From assembly GCA_903813345.2 (NCBI GenBank), contig CAIIXF020000001.1:15128001-15192000 (forward strand): DNA of 64,000 bases, read 5' to 3'. The notes under the pieces are model-generated. The model made no database searches, was not told the origin of the DNA, and was given only the letters and a program-made list of their open reading frames with translations. Origin of the DNA: Owenia fusiformis. Its lineage: Eukaryota. Made by a program: the position numbers and the translations under genes. Within the stretch, counting starts at the first letter, position 1. Every line of letters begins with the position of its first letter. Positions 43,724 through 57,051 of the stretch are shown here, piece after piece.

Positions 43724-45493
43724 GCCTATTGATCATTATATCACTAGACGTACCGGATTGCAAACCATACGTGCATGTTGATCGGATGACGTGCCGAAAA
43801 CGCACCATTAAGGTCACCTGACGTACCTGTTTGATTTATCAATATTGATGACTGTCACGCAACCGGCATCGTACAAACTGCCTAAGATTGCAAAACAACT
43901 GCCAGTTTGTCAGTTTGAAACACAAATCTGTTTCCAAAATAGTGGGTGGATCGATTAAGGGTATTGTCTCGTAACAAAAACTATACACTGTTCACGGACG
44001 ATAGGATAAAAGTGCTCCCACATATCGCCTCCTCTGAGATCGAGAATTTCCGCTGGTATATGATCTACCAAAACAACCCACGCAACCAACTTACTTGAAG
44101 TGTTTTTGATATTTTTCCTTTTGGATTGCTGTTTCTATGAAATTGAGCACATCGACATTTTATAGTTGCATATTGATAAATAATTCAAAAGTCTAAATTA
44201 CGCATGCGATTAAGCCGATGCGTTTTAATCATGGGACTATTTTATGGAGACCGACCCTCTCAATCTCTTGTATTTCAGGTAACCATTTACCAGAGTGAAA
44301 GTCTGATGAAGTAGAAATCAATTATTCATGGAGTGTAATTTACGATCTCGATAGTTCGAACATGAAAAGGTTCAGCTTAGGGCGATGATGAATGATCAAG
44401 TCTGTTTCTTCTTAGATGTTACCAAAGAACCCATCAGTTTAAAATGTGATTACGTTTGTTTGAAATTGTCTGGCGACATTGTTGTAATCTTAGACAATAC
44501 TCACGAAACTAGAATCTCTGGTTTTGTTTTCATTTTCCACTGTCACTTGATGAAAACATGGGCGATTCACGTAATTTGACGTGTTGTTTAACCGATCAAT
44601 ATTAAGTGATCATCATCTTCTAAACGTAAACATACATTTTTTCTCTTAAATAGCTTTATAAATGTTTAGCTTATTAGTAGTGACTATATGTTGTTTGATG
44701 TTCACTTCTGAGTGTTTGGTTTGTCCTATCTATTTCACTAGGACGCTTTCCTTTACTTTGATGCTCCTTGATCAACGGAGTTGTCCAATGGATATAGTGT
44801 CTCTAAAAACGGTAAACCAGGTAATGCATTTTCGCTGTTGCGCCCATAAGGCAATGGGTATAGTTGATCAATAAGCACCCATATCCTTTGATGAAAGCGT
44901 TGTTGCGTGGGAAAACAGAGATAATCTTAATTATGAGTAAGATCGTCTTTGTCAATCACTTGTTCTTCGAAGACAACATTTTGCTAGGTTAGTGTTTATT
45001 CCAAATTGGCCCACGGGTTTCCTTCCTTGAACAATCAACTGAACAACATGGGAATGTTCACGAATGTCAGTTTGTAAGTTCTAGAAACTACTCATAAATT
45101 CATGCGCCGTTATCCTTGCCACCGCGATAAAAAAACTATTGTCGAAGAAATGGTCGTTTTACAACTACACTCTAGCTTTCAAGAAGTACAACAAGGCACC
45201 ATATTACTATACGTGATGCCTTTTAATTTTTCATTTGAAGTGAGATTAAAAGGGGATCATATTCAATCATGTATGGTCATTAATGAATAGTATAATTATA
45301 ATTATACTAAACATGTTTAGTCAAGTATTTATATTTATATTTGTGTTAATTTATATTTATACTAAAGAAGTGAAACAAAGAAATGCGACTTGAATATACT
45401 GATACATGTATATACTTTGTAATTCTTTTCTAGGAGTGACCAAAGAGTGCAAACAGCAATACCTGTAAATAGCAACTAAGGTTCCACAAGAAA

Positions 45494-48400
45494 ATGGTGC
45501 GTCCCGTCCTAGTCACCCTTGTCATATGCTGTGTAGTAGCACTCTACCAGACAAACGCCAACACACTCAGGCAAAAACGCTCTTCTACACCAAAAGGTAT
45601 GAAAAGGTTACGTAGGCCCAAATGCAGTTTCAGAAAAAGAAGACACACTTCTCACAAACCCATAAAATATCACGTTAACCCGTAATCGTAAACTTGACTA
45701 TAAATACTAGAAAATAACTATATCGGGAAGTGAGATTTTTCTGATTCATTACCCAACAGTATGTGTACGCATCATAATATAAAACCCAGAAGGTTTTACC
45801 TATTTCAATCAGAGACTCTGTTTCAATGAATATTGACTCCACCAATAACTGGCCTCCGGGGTATACTTATAACTTATTATGATGAGCGATGAAACATATT
45901 TATCATTGAGCCAGAATGAGATAGTAATATACTGCTGGTTGCGTTTATAGCTTTGCATTATACACGAACTAGAAAACCCAACCATTAGCATGATAACAAA
46001 TCTACATGTAAATGACTGAATGATAAAATATGATAACATTAAAAGGCTCTAAAAATAAATAATGGCTCGACTATTTTAACATGTATATCTAGAGAAATTT
46101 AATATATTTGTGATTAAAGGAGGGCAATTAGTAATTACTCAATTAATAATAATAATGTTAAGCTAATTGTCTCAAGTTTCGTGTGACGCGTTCGTTTCTT
46201 GGTACGTTGGAAGTCCCGCCATTTTTGCGCATCCGAACTATATCCGAACTGTGTATCACAGAGAAGAAATGTCGTAGAATTCATCAATAATGAGTTGGCC
46301 GCCATTTTGATTAATGCGCACTCTTGGTAATTGATTCGTTGATATGAAAAATTACTCGAAATAACATACACTGAGAGCATTTTTGTTATTATGCCCCCAT
46401 CCAATAGCTTACTTCAATTTATGACTGAATTTCACAAATCTTGTTATACTTCAGTTACAGTTAGTAGTGCTAATATACGACGGACAGAAATACACAAATA
46501 TATATTTAGATTTTATGCAAATGAGACCAAATGAGACTGTACGTTGACCAAAAGCGACTGTACGTTAACCAATTGAGATAAATCGGGATATCCTATTTAG
46601 CGTTCATTTGCTATTCATTTTGATAGCACTTTTCTTTTTCATGATAGTGTAGTATGGCACTGTTTTTGGTCATGATAGCTCAGAAGTTTAGATTGAGCGA
46701 GAGCAAGAAGGAATAAAGTAGGACACCCAATCTGTACTTTTTCTCTATTTATACTTTTTGCATTACATTGTCATATTCTTTTGATGTTCTCTTCGTAACA
46801 ACGGGACTACTATGCAATATATACAATGCTATTTTGTAATCTGTACCATGACAACAAATGAGAACATGATTATGCATAGATATGTTATGCATTATCAATA
46901 ATAAATGTTCCCCTATCTGTATCAATGAAGCCGTTAATTGCTATTAATACTAAAATCCCTAGAATCACATCGAGGTCAATATTGAGAGACTCATTGTCAT
47001 GGTGATGATAAACAACATATATTTTTGTTTCCAGACAGGGGTGCATTGTCACAACATCTAATAAGATGGTAAGATTATTTTTTATCTACTTATAAGCACA
47101 AGTCTGTCTCCAGCTCTTTAACTACAAATGGGCATTAGACAGATTTTATGAGTTCAAGATATCCTCTATTTGTGGTTTAAATGCTTAGTTAAACGCGAAC
47201 ATAAACCGCAAGATAATAAACGAGGTAATATTAGCATTTTATTTACCCCTTTACATTTTAAATTATTAATTAATTTGTAAAATATTGTACACAAATACAA
47301 AAACGTTGTGAAATTGTCTTTGTCTTCCACATTTGAAGTTGGAATAGAAATTCCGATATAACATAACATTTATGTTCATAAAAATCTATCAAATCACCTA
47401 AATCATCTGTGTGCGAATGCCAATGTCACCGCTTATTGAATGGTATTATGAATTGCATGACAATTTCTTTATGTATCATGCATGCACTCTCACATGCTGG
47501 TATCGAAAGATTTGTCCGCTGTGACGGAGCATGCTATTTTAATAAAAACACTAAGAATACTTCACAATTTATTTTTTAACTCATATTTTTCGTTATATCA
47601 AAGGAAATTCCTTACTCCATGCAATGGATATATCATTTGTGGGTAACACTCACTTCAATTTGTCCAATAGTGCTATGAGTAAAATCTATTGAAAACGGCG
47701 ACAGGGTATCAAACTACCATTTTTAAACTTTTTAATGGCATGATATAGTGACACGATACTATTTACATGTTTTCAACATAACGTTGAATGTATTAATGAG
47801 ATCTGGATGTATTGGGTCTTTTTAAATTTTTATAAAAAATAATATTTACATTTTTTGTCCGCTGTGACGGAGCAGTTTCACAGTTCATATTTGCAACTGC
47901 TCCGTCACAGCGGACAAAAATTTAAACATTTTTTTATAAAAAAAGTTAAAAAGACCCAATGCACCAATATCTCATAATACATTCAGAGTTATGCTGAAAA
48001 TATATGTAAATGTAATCGTGTCACTATATCATGCCATTTAAAAGTTAAAAAGGAAATGGTACACTTTGTAGTATGATACTAAGACTTTAAGTTTTCTTTA
48101 TATTTGATTAGATGCTTGAGATAGTAATGTCCTTCAATAAATAAATTAATACTCCGGTGCCATTTCCAATAGCTTTGCCTCCTAGCGTTATGGGACTTCA
48201 ACCAGAAGTGGAAGTTACCCGCAAATGATATGTCCATTGCATGAAGAAAATAATTTTCTTTGGTATTACGAAAAATATGAGTTAAAAAATAAATTGTGTG
48301 GTTTTCTTAGTGTTTTTATGAAAAATAACATGCTCCGTCACAGCAGACAAATCTTTCGATACCAGCCTGTGACGCTAAGTCACCGTATCGTAAGTGCCAG

Positions 48401-48903
48401 TTTAGCTTCAAAATGACGATGAAATTCACTAAGATCATTGATTCTTTCACTTCTATGGTGCCGGGTTATTGTAACATATTGTTCTAACATATTACATTGG
48501 TATGAAATTTTAAAGCCAAATTATGAGAAAGTGAATTAATTAAAATCTATGTGTACGAGAACGTTTAAAATCGTTGATCCTCATGTGCCATTTGAACAAA
48601 GTATAAAAACCATAGGCTCACTGTGTGAACCAACGAGGTTTACCAACAAGGCTTTGTCGGCGCGGGGGTAGTCCCTCTGTCGACGACACGTTCAATTGAT
48701 TACTGTAATTCCTAATACATTTCAGGATGAAAAAGAATTTTTACGACGAGTGTGCTGGTAGCTGCTCTGTGAATGCAAATGGCGAGGACGACTGTACCTG
48801 CTTTGGATACTTCTGTTCTGTGGAAACCAACGAAATACAGAATATCGGGGCACGGGAAGAGGGCGTCTGCAGTCCATTGGCGCAGTTCTGGGGCTACAAG
48901 TAA
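45494..48903 (+). CDS. Secreted six-cysteine prepropeptide, 104 aa (neuropeptide/toxin/defence-peptide-like), family not recognised
   Basis: Exons 45494-45596 (phase 1), 47035-47068 (34 nt, phase 1 to 2) and 48726-48903 join in frame: MVRPVLVTLVICCVVALYQTNANTLRQKRSSTPKDRGALSQHLIRWMKKNFYDECAGSCSVNANGEDDCTCFGYFCSVETNEIQNIGAREEGVCSPLAQFWGYK*. Hydrophobic signal peptide, furin-type site RQKR, canonical splice sites. An acceptor at 45433 implies an upstream non-coding exon. Confidence 0.75.
47491..48371. mobile_element. Foldback/palindromic MITE with CAC termini (Transib-like)
   Basis: CACATGCTGGTATCGAAAGATTTGTC...GACAAATCTTTCGATACCAGCCTGTG; flanks ACTCT/ACGCT (5 bp, one mismatch); TTGTCCGCTGTGACGGAGCA motif occurs four times in mirrored arrangement. 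Confidence 0.8.
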
Positions 48904-50064
48904 CTTAGTGCCTAGACACGGAAAACCTCTGGGACCACCAGTGATATGGGCCTAAGACAAGACATCGTTTCACACATTTAAAAACAATTTGAAACCGCTG
49001 AATTTATTCTCATTAACACATTTGTCTACCATATTTTTTATATTGTTTTCAATAGGCAAAGACTCTCATCAATGAGGTAAACTACATTATCAAAAACATA
49101 GTAAATGTAAATATACATCCGAATATCAGTGTACGTAATTCCCTCATGTGATCATTGTACGAATGAATTTGTAAATACTTTCCTTTGTTGTTTATATATC
49201 TGATTAGATGGAAAATAACTTGTATATCTCATTAAATGGATATTCAACTATTCTGTACTTTTTCAAAACTGCAATAGATGGAAAAATAAGGAAATAAACA
49301 GTAAATCCATGAAAACATCAATACCATGTTTAAGTTTTAAATTAATGATATCGAGCATTTTCTATTGTGAAACAGTCACATCAGCACTATTTTATTCTCA
49401 TTGGGAAAAGTATTTGCGAACAAGTATATAAAGTTTGTCGTGATGACTTGACCCCCCCCCACACACACGCTCTTTCCTCCATCGTTTACCACCAATATAT
49501 CACAACAAAATGGATGAACATCCGTAGAAGGAAACGTTGATATTCGTCATTTTAACCAAGAAGGGGGTCGATTTGTTTCCTAGGATTTTACCCGTAATGT
49601 TAATAGTAATATCCGGTTACTGATTCGAAAAGCTAGTCAGTCACAGGCAACTATATTCAGCAGGTCCAATAATCAGTGAGAATTCCTCACTTCAGCAACC
49701 AGGATGTTATCTGGTGAATTTCATAACGTCTTTTGGTTGCCTTTGTATAGTTTATTGACGTCCTGGTTGCCCTTGATCGATGTACAGGATGCTACTATTA
49801 ATATACGGGTAAAATATTTGAATACAAATCAACCTCATTCTTGGTGAAAATGAAAAAATTCAAAATTGCTTCATACGGAAATTCGTCAACGTTTTTTAAC
49901 CAGGTGGGGACCAGTGATATAACCTAAGTATATATTTTGTTCGGGTTTCATTTCAAACATCAATAAAAAAAATATCCACAATTCATGTAGCTTCAGATTC
50001 AGAATTCAGTTTATTTCATTTCTTTTGTCAATTTAATCTATTCAGTCTAAAGTCGCCATGTTTT

Positions 50065-53000
50065 CTAGTAACAACGTGGGGCTGGGCATGCACGTGTCTG
50101 CGTAGGGCACATTGGGTCCCTACTGTCCCGGGACTGGAGTCCGTTCTGCTGCATGAAGTACTCTGCCTCCATTCTTTCCATGTCGGGTTTCACTAGATAC
50201 AATCCATACTCGATGGATGTCATTGCAATGACACCTGCGAAAAAAATCAAAAAATGAATCAAAACTAAATGTCTTGAGTTACATATTTATTGTGAGGCCT
50301 CTGTTTTTAATTATAAGTTATCAGTTCAATTCTCAGTCATATACTTAATTTAAGTTCGATATCTGGTCATATTCGCAGACCTCGTACATTACTAAATTTA
50401 AATGCTGTAGAACATTAAATTACAAAGTCATATTTTGTCTGTATAAACTGTATATTACCAGAGTCAAAGTATGGGTAGTTGCTCCATGATCCCGAGTAGC
50501 GGACTCTGCCATCATCAACGTCACTCAAAACATCAAAAAATCCTGTCTCAGTCAATTGGAAACCACGCTTTAAAAAAGATAACGGCGATTACTTTACACC
50601 TCAAAGATGAGGTAATTTTAAAGAGGCTCTATGCCATAGGATAGCACAATCAAGACCCCTCTGGACTTTTTTGCATGTTGAGTTTCACCACACATATACC
50701 CATCTACTTACCAAAGAAGGAGTCCCAAACCCCCCTCTTTCAGTGTTAATTTTGCGATTGTGCTGGCCGACCTAATTATTTTCGAAGAAATTAATTCAAT
50801 CTAAAGTTTGAATATTCCGGGAAAGTCCTCCTGTTATCTGATTTGTCGTTGAATTTGTTTCTCATAAACCCGATTGGCTTCCTGGTTCAAGGCGCTTGTG
50901 GGCGCTTGTGTGACTCAATGGGGATTTCCCTCGATAGCCAAGGAATCGATTGTGTTTAATTATGGAGTTTGGTTGTTCTGTTGATTATTTCCGATATTTC
51001 GGCAATAATATACCCAAAAGTTATTCTAAAGATATATCCATGGTATGTGAGATATTATAATGAGCAATAACACTAGGACATCATTGATTGTCTGGGGGAG
51101 AAACCCATGGCATAATGCATCTTTAAGTTATCCTCCCTCTCCCTGCGCCGTACCCCACGCGTTCAGCAGCCACAAGACATTGGTACAGCCACTATGTCAA
51201 GAGAAAGAATGCTGGTATAATTTCAGCCAGATTCAACAGGCCACTTGGCTGTTGCCATTTTGTGCAGCTTCGTGACATAGTAGGGGGCATATCAAACAAT
51301 GCTCAATATCATTAGATGAAGTATCACTACATCTAGTACCAAGACTATCTCTTCGTCCCCGGCTCTTCGTTGTGAGAGATGGTCTTGGTTCTAGATAAAT
51401 ATCAACCACAGATCTATAATAATAATCAATATTCGATATTGTCAAGGATTATATGGTTAGTTCAAGAATAAACCGAATTTCTTTTACCTGGTCAATCCTA
51501 AGTATTCTGAGCCCAGCTTCGTAGTTGGACTGGTATGTCCAGTCGCCCTTAATGTATTGGTTGTGATCGATAGACTGTTGGGTAGAGATGAATGTGTCTC
51601 TCCAAACAGGATTCCTCAGATCTTTCACGTCCCAAAGGTATGTGTAAGTGTTCCTGAAAGATTCAGATACAGAAGTGTTTCGGGAAAATTCAAATGCAGT
51701 AAGGATAAGTAAGTTCGAGAACAGTTTCGTAACTTCCCATTTGAGTTCCTCCACAGACTACCCAAAACAATTAGTACTTTGTTTAAGCTTCTTCATGGTC
51801 TTAAAATAGGACAGAAACGTAATGGCCAATTCAAGACATAGCCGAAGTGGGAAAGCCTTGTTTGGTATAAAAAGAATCATCTAACATAGACTACCTTTCA
51901 ACCCCTTTTACAGCAAATGATGAAATTCACAAAGGAACAATGTCGATGACTCAACGACTAAACGAAAGGAAAAAAACGCTTGGAAGGTATAAGAGAATTT
52001 AAATCCGATAAACAAATTGCAGCGAATACAAATACCAAAATACAATATACAAAAACGTGGAAGTAAAGTATGATTTTTGCTACTCACTGATCACCGTTCT
52101 TCTCGTAGTATTCGTCCTGTTCGTCGTCTAATAGAAGCATTGTCTGGTCCTCAGTCAACCAACCCTTTAACACATTAAAATCAATTGAACAGTATTCTAA
52201 GATTGTTAGACCCCTTTGCATAATATAGAACCTCCAAGATGGAAAATACATTAACATAATTGTGTACAATTTAATTTTGTACAATTTTATCTTGTGCAAA
52301 GAGGCATGCCACAAAGGAAAGATATGGATTGAGGGAATTCTGACTATTTCATAAAAATGCTTTTCGGACAATAATTCATTTAATCGTTAAATAAAATAAT
52401 TGGTTACGAAGCTATTCACGAAAACAGATGAAATTGCCCCTCTCAGCATTCAGAGAGATTGTGGAAACTGATCCAATGTGATTTGTACCGTTTACAATGA
52501 GCACGTAGTTTCATCACCTGATGTGTGTATTTGGAGAGATCATATCCCATCTTGCTGACCATTACAGGGTTAGAACGGTCAGTGACATCAACAATAGTCA
52601 AAGAATCTTCGTTGTAATTGAAACAAATTTCTCTTCCAGTGTATCTGCAGATAAAACGTAACAAGTTTAATTCAGCAGTAGATGTTACAGGGATACAACA
52701 TGAATCGACCCTCTGTGTCCATGCGGTCCATTCGATTTAAATCTGTTCTATGGGTAGATTCGTAAAATGAATTTGATTGTTGACGTAACCAAAGATGCCA
52801 CTCTACTAAAATACTCTAATCAATAAATCGAGATAATGAAAATCCTCAGAGACAGAGACTGTTTGTATATTTACCTCCCATCTGGACCCCTGTAGATGAC
52901 ACACTGGGCATCGTGAGTGTAGCCATCCTCGGAATAACATCCGGCAAACACGGGCTGCTTCGGGTCTGATACATCAACCATGTGAAGACCACCTAAAACA

Positions 53001-55307
53001 TAATGTGAAAGAGTGTGCAACACTTGTAACAGACGCCAAAAACGAGTTTTGAGTGATTTTGTCAACACTTCTGTCGATACTGTCAAAATAATCAATAGCG
53101 CACCGTATGTTTTTATCAACATTATGTCTCAATACAAAAAGTAAAACCAAAATGAAAATGATAAAATCCTAATCTATGGGAAAGTGTAAAGATGTCTCAC
53201 TTGAACAAGATATGTAGTCGGACCAGTATGATCCGGATGCCCCAACGATGAAGATGGTATTTGTCTCCTCATTGGAGATAATGTTGTGAGAATTGCCGAC
53301 CTTGTTGTAGTGGAAGTCATGTGATACCACGCCAAGACTTTCCTGACCACGAAGTCTGGTCAAATCAAAGACCTGCATACCGTGACCCGATGCCTCTGAG
53401 CCAATGTAAGCGTGGTTGTTGATTACCTTAGCGTCTCTCCAGGAGCTGGTGGAGGTATGGGTAGGCAGGAAAGCGACCACAGTTGGGTTCTCGGGGTCTG
53501 GGGAAATACGGACGAATGAGGTACCTGTCGTCATACAGTGTATCACGTATTCTTCACCGTTGTCTGGATCCGTCCATCCCCAAATGTCGTTACTTTCACG
53601 GCTAGAATTTGACATAACATCAAATAATTGAATCAATAACAGATTAAGATGTCCCGGATACATTAAGTACATAAAAGGACGAGATGACCACCAATAGTAA
53701 TTTTAGACTATTCTTCTCAAATGATAAAGGCGTTAATTACTTGTAAGCATCATCATGATCCATGTCAAGGGCATCTAGGGACAAGAACGACAGTTGGTCG
53801 ATGTTATGACAAGCGAGGGGACTTGACGATCCGGGAATTGTACCAGCAGCTCCTACAAAGGCAATACTGGATGACTATTTTTTAAATCTATGATTTATAA
53901 CATGCTTATATTTTCTCCATCAATATTGCTGTCAATTATTGATAAAAATGACTAATTTACCATCGATGCATTTTCGAGGTCCGTCAGTTGGAGCCTGTCC
54001 CATGAGTTCGGGGCATGTGCCATCTTTGCGGCAACTCACTCTCTCAGCAGCACTCTTCAGTTTTTCTTTGGTCATCATCTTCATATATTGTCGGCCCGCG
54101 TCAAACTTGGTCGCTGTAAGTTCGAATGATTCCATCCTACCCTTCTTGAAGTTTGATGCGCAAGTCTCTCCTCCGCAACTGCTCCATTCTCCATACTGGC
54201 AAGTTGGTACTATTTTAAGATATCAGAAAAGTTATTTTTCATTAAATACTTAAAGCCCCGATGTTTAACCACTTAGTCTTAGCCAAAGGTCATCACAGTG
54301 CCTTGTGTCAATTTTTATTTCAAAAAGTGGTTTTTGAAGGGCTTTTTGTTCGAAAAATCATGAATTTATTTAAAACTAACTTTTAGAGGTCACACATATC
54401 TTTTAATAAGCGATAATTCACACCGAGCAATGTATACCATTTATCCCCATGTGTTTTTTGCCGAAAAAATAAGAAAATAGGTTCATTAATACGTGAGAAA
54501 TGAACACATCCATGCATGAAACTCGTCCAGAAAAAAATGCATTTCAAAAATTTAGTTCTCAAAGAAATAGTACCCATGGTACAATAATATTACTGCCACC
54601 TGAGTGATGTCACAATGAGGTCACTTAGGTTGCAAAATGTTTTTGATACGCTAAAACATTGAACTGGCACAGTACATATGACATTTTATTATTGAAATAT
54701 TGTGTCCGTTGTTCAATCTTTGGATTGGTGTTAAAAAGATAATGATTTTTGCACCTTATCGTGGGATATTGCTGATTAAAAAAATTCAATTTTGGTTGAA
54801 AAATGGCTTGAAATGAATGTTTGCGAAATGAAAAGCTGACAACTTTTTTTCAATATTCTTTTTTCTTTTCAAAATCTCTAAAGTAACCAAATAGTAAATG
54901 AGTGATGAAAACCTATTTTCTAATTACTATGACTTAAGTTTCTTACCTTGTTTTGCAAGTCCAACAGCAACTAGGGCTGCTATGGCAACAATGGAACTCC
55001 ACTATAAAAATACAAAGTGAAAATATTGTAATCGTAACCAATCAAATGAATCAAATTTTGATTACCTCGCATGATGCACTATATGATCAGAAATAGCTCT
55101 TAAAGGTCTTAAACATGTCCACAATATATAAAATAAAAGATTTCGGGTAAGTAAATTACGTACCCCGATAAGTGTACATCATTCGGATTACAAATTATTG
55201 TTCAAATAAAATGTTTGTGGAAATTATGAATCAATATCTGTTCACGTATACATATTATCTTTAGTTTCCTTATTTAGAATAAGTATATTTTAAAAGCTCC
55301 TTACCAT
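50065..55307 (-). CDS. Secreted choice-of-anchor B family (TIGR04312-like, LVIVD-repeat beta-propeller) protein, 11 exons, 528 aa
   Basis: Phase-consistent exons 55307-55305 (ATG only), 55001-54947, 54209-53961, 53852-53741, 53601-53201, 52992-52875, 52644-52518, 52164-52088, 51653-51488, 50567-50459, 50234-50065 (1587 nt). Signal peptide MWSSIVAIAALVAVGLA. Family motifs: NDIWGWTDP..GEEY, SWRDAK, GNSHN, GC..EDGYTHDAQCVIY.GPD.RY.GREIC..YNE, YTHQGW, DDEQDE, IDHNQY, YEAGLR, GSWSNYPYFDSG. Minus-strand AATAAA at 50015-50010. Confidence 0.88.
54254..54935. mobile_element. Diverged copy of the Kolobok-like family
   Basis: Colinear similarity to 17860-18687 (TTTCAAAAAGTGGTTTTTG, TTTTAGAGGTCAC, TTGGTGTTAAAAAGATAAT). 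Confidence 0.7.
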
Positions 55308-55358
55308 CCTCCCGAAAGCTCAATGTGACAGGATACAGATGCACTGGTCCCAGGTCCA

Positions 55359-55365
55359 TTTTATA
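55359..55365 (-). promoter_or_regulatory. TATA box of the choice-of-anchor B gene
   Basis: TATAAAA on the minus strand ~55 nt upstream of the ATG|GTAAGG first-exon end. Confidence 0.6.
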
Positions 55366-55431
55366 CCGCAATATTGAATACATTCTTATTGACGTTGTAA
55401 AATCATAGAGAAGATGGGGGTCACTAATCGC

Positions 55432-57051
55432 GGGCATGTTCTAAAATGTGTATTGGCGTCAAAGTAGTGGACTCTGTGGATCCAGCCATCATTTAGTCAT
55501 AATGTGATTAAAATGACTAAAATGTGACCCCTTATTAAGGCCACTGTTAAGGTATTTTGGCAGATGAATGACTAAAAAGTGGCCCCAAACTGGAGTATAA
55601 AGGACTGTATAAAGGGTTAAGTAAAAGGATGGTACCAAGTGATCTAACCCACCCAAGAAGCATGCTCAATTGAGTCCTAATTCCATCCCAATGGGGACAA
55701 TCTAAACCCAAAACTCATCTACATGCCTCCTCAATAACTTTGTTGTTTCACTTACAAATATTAACTGTAAAGTGAAGCTCCAGTCCTAATATTATAATGT
55801 TGAACCCTGGGACTGGAAAACCAATTTTACCTCAATTTAATTTGGAGAGGGGGCAAGCAATGGTAAAACAATTGATTAAATTTATTCTTTTCCACAACTA
55901 TCAATTTGTAAGGACAGATGAGAATACCAATTGATACAAAATGTTCCCTTACTGATATTATGATAGACGTTTGCAGTCAGTAGTTTAAATCCATCAGTAT
56001 ATATTTTATAAAATTGAAAAAACATATGGCGTGTAGTTGAATTATATTTTTGTCAAAATAACCAGGATTAAATCATTCACTTTTTGCTTTGCAAGTATAA
56101 CAAATATATATATCATTCCATTAAAAGGGTTGACTCTTAATGGCAGGGTAAATATGGAGGTGGGTGTGAAAAGTCACTTTTATTTGCTATTTTTTCCAGC
56201 CCCATGTCATTTCAATGGTAGCTTTCATCAAAAATTGCTACAAGTTTCGATTATTCTTATAAATACTAAATCTGAAAACTCTCTTTTCCCTGAAGCCCAT
56301 GTGATTTGAGTATTATTTATCGTTAATAGTAATTATTTCTCCATCACTTTTTTATCACTAACATTTTTATGGTGTTGGGCAAATGTTACTGAGAACAGAG
56401 CTTAAGTAAAAAAAAGTGTATCTGATCAGATATAAGAAAATTATCAAAACTATCGCTAATCGTCATATTTTCACCAAATCAAAAAATCTAGGGCAAATGT
56501 TACGTTTGATAATATCAGATAATAGTGATAATTATCAAAACTATTGCTAATAGTTATAATTCTAGCTACACTTTTATCAATTACAATTTCTTAGTCTGGA
56601 GGAAATGTTTCATAGAAAAGGGCCCGTGTGAAATTAGCATTATCTGATAATTTATGAAAACAATTGATAATTATCAAATCTATATAACACTGTCTACTCA
56701 TTGCTCTGTGCACGACCCTTGGTTGTCAATCCTTCTAAATTCCATGTTTTAATTTGAAAGGGAAGATCTTTTAAAAATCCACACATTTTTATTGCGCTTG
56801 GGAAAATACTTCATTATATCCCTTTTGAACTTCATTTGCTGGGGTAAAGATATTGATGGGTTTAATTCAATTTTTAGATATGTATTGCTTGAGACCATCT
56901 TTTAGTCAAAATACTTACAGGAAACCTAAATGGAGTATACATGTAGAGGGTTAAGTCCACTTTTTAGTAATTTTGTAAAGTAGTGTCTAAAAGATGGTCC
57001 AGAGTCCAGTCCACCTTTTCCTGGGGCCAGGCGTCTGTTTAGAACATGCCC
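55432..57051. mobile_element. TIR element (MULE/Merlin-like?) just upstream of the choice-of-anchor B TATA box
   Basis: GGGCATGTTCTAAA / TTTAGAACATGCCC; exact 7-bp flanking duplication TAATCGC (or 9 bp with one mismatch if the termini are GG..CC). Confidence 0.75.

Noticed and set aside
48773-48955. ORF-track peptide MQMARTTV...
   Set aside because: Alternative frame over the last exon of the Cys-peptide gene.
53416-54253. Plus-strand ORFs 53416-53631 and 53939-54253
   Set aside because: Antisense shadows of choice-of-anchor B exons.
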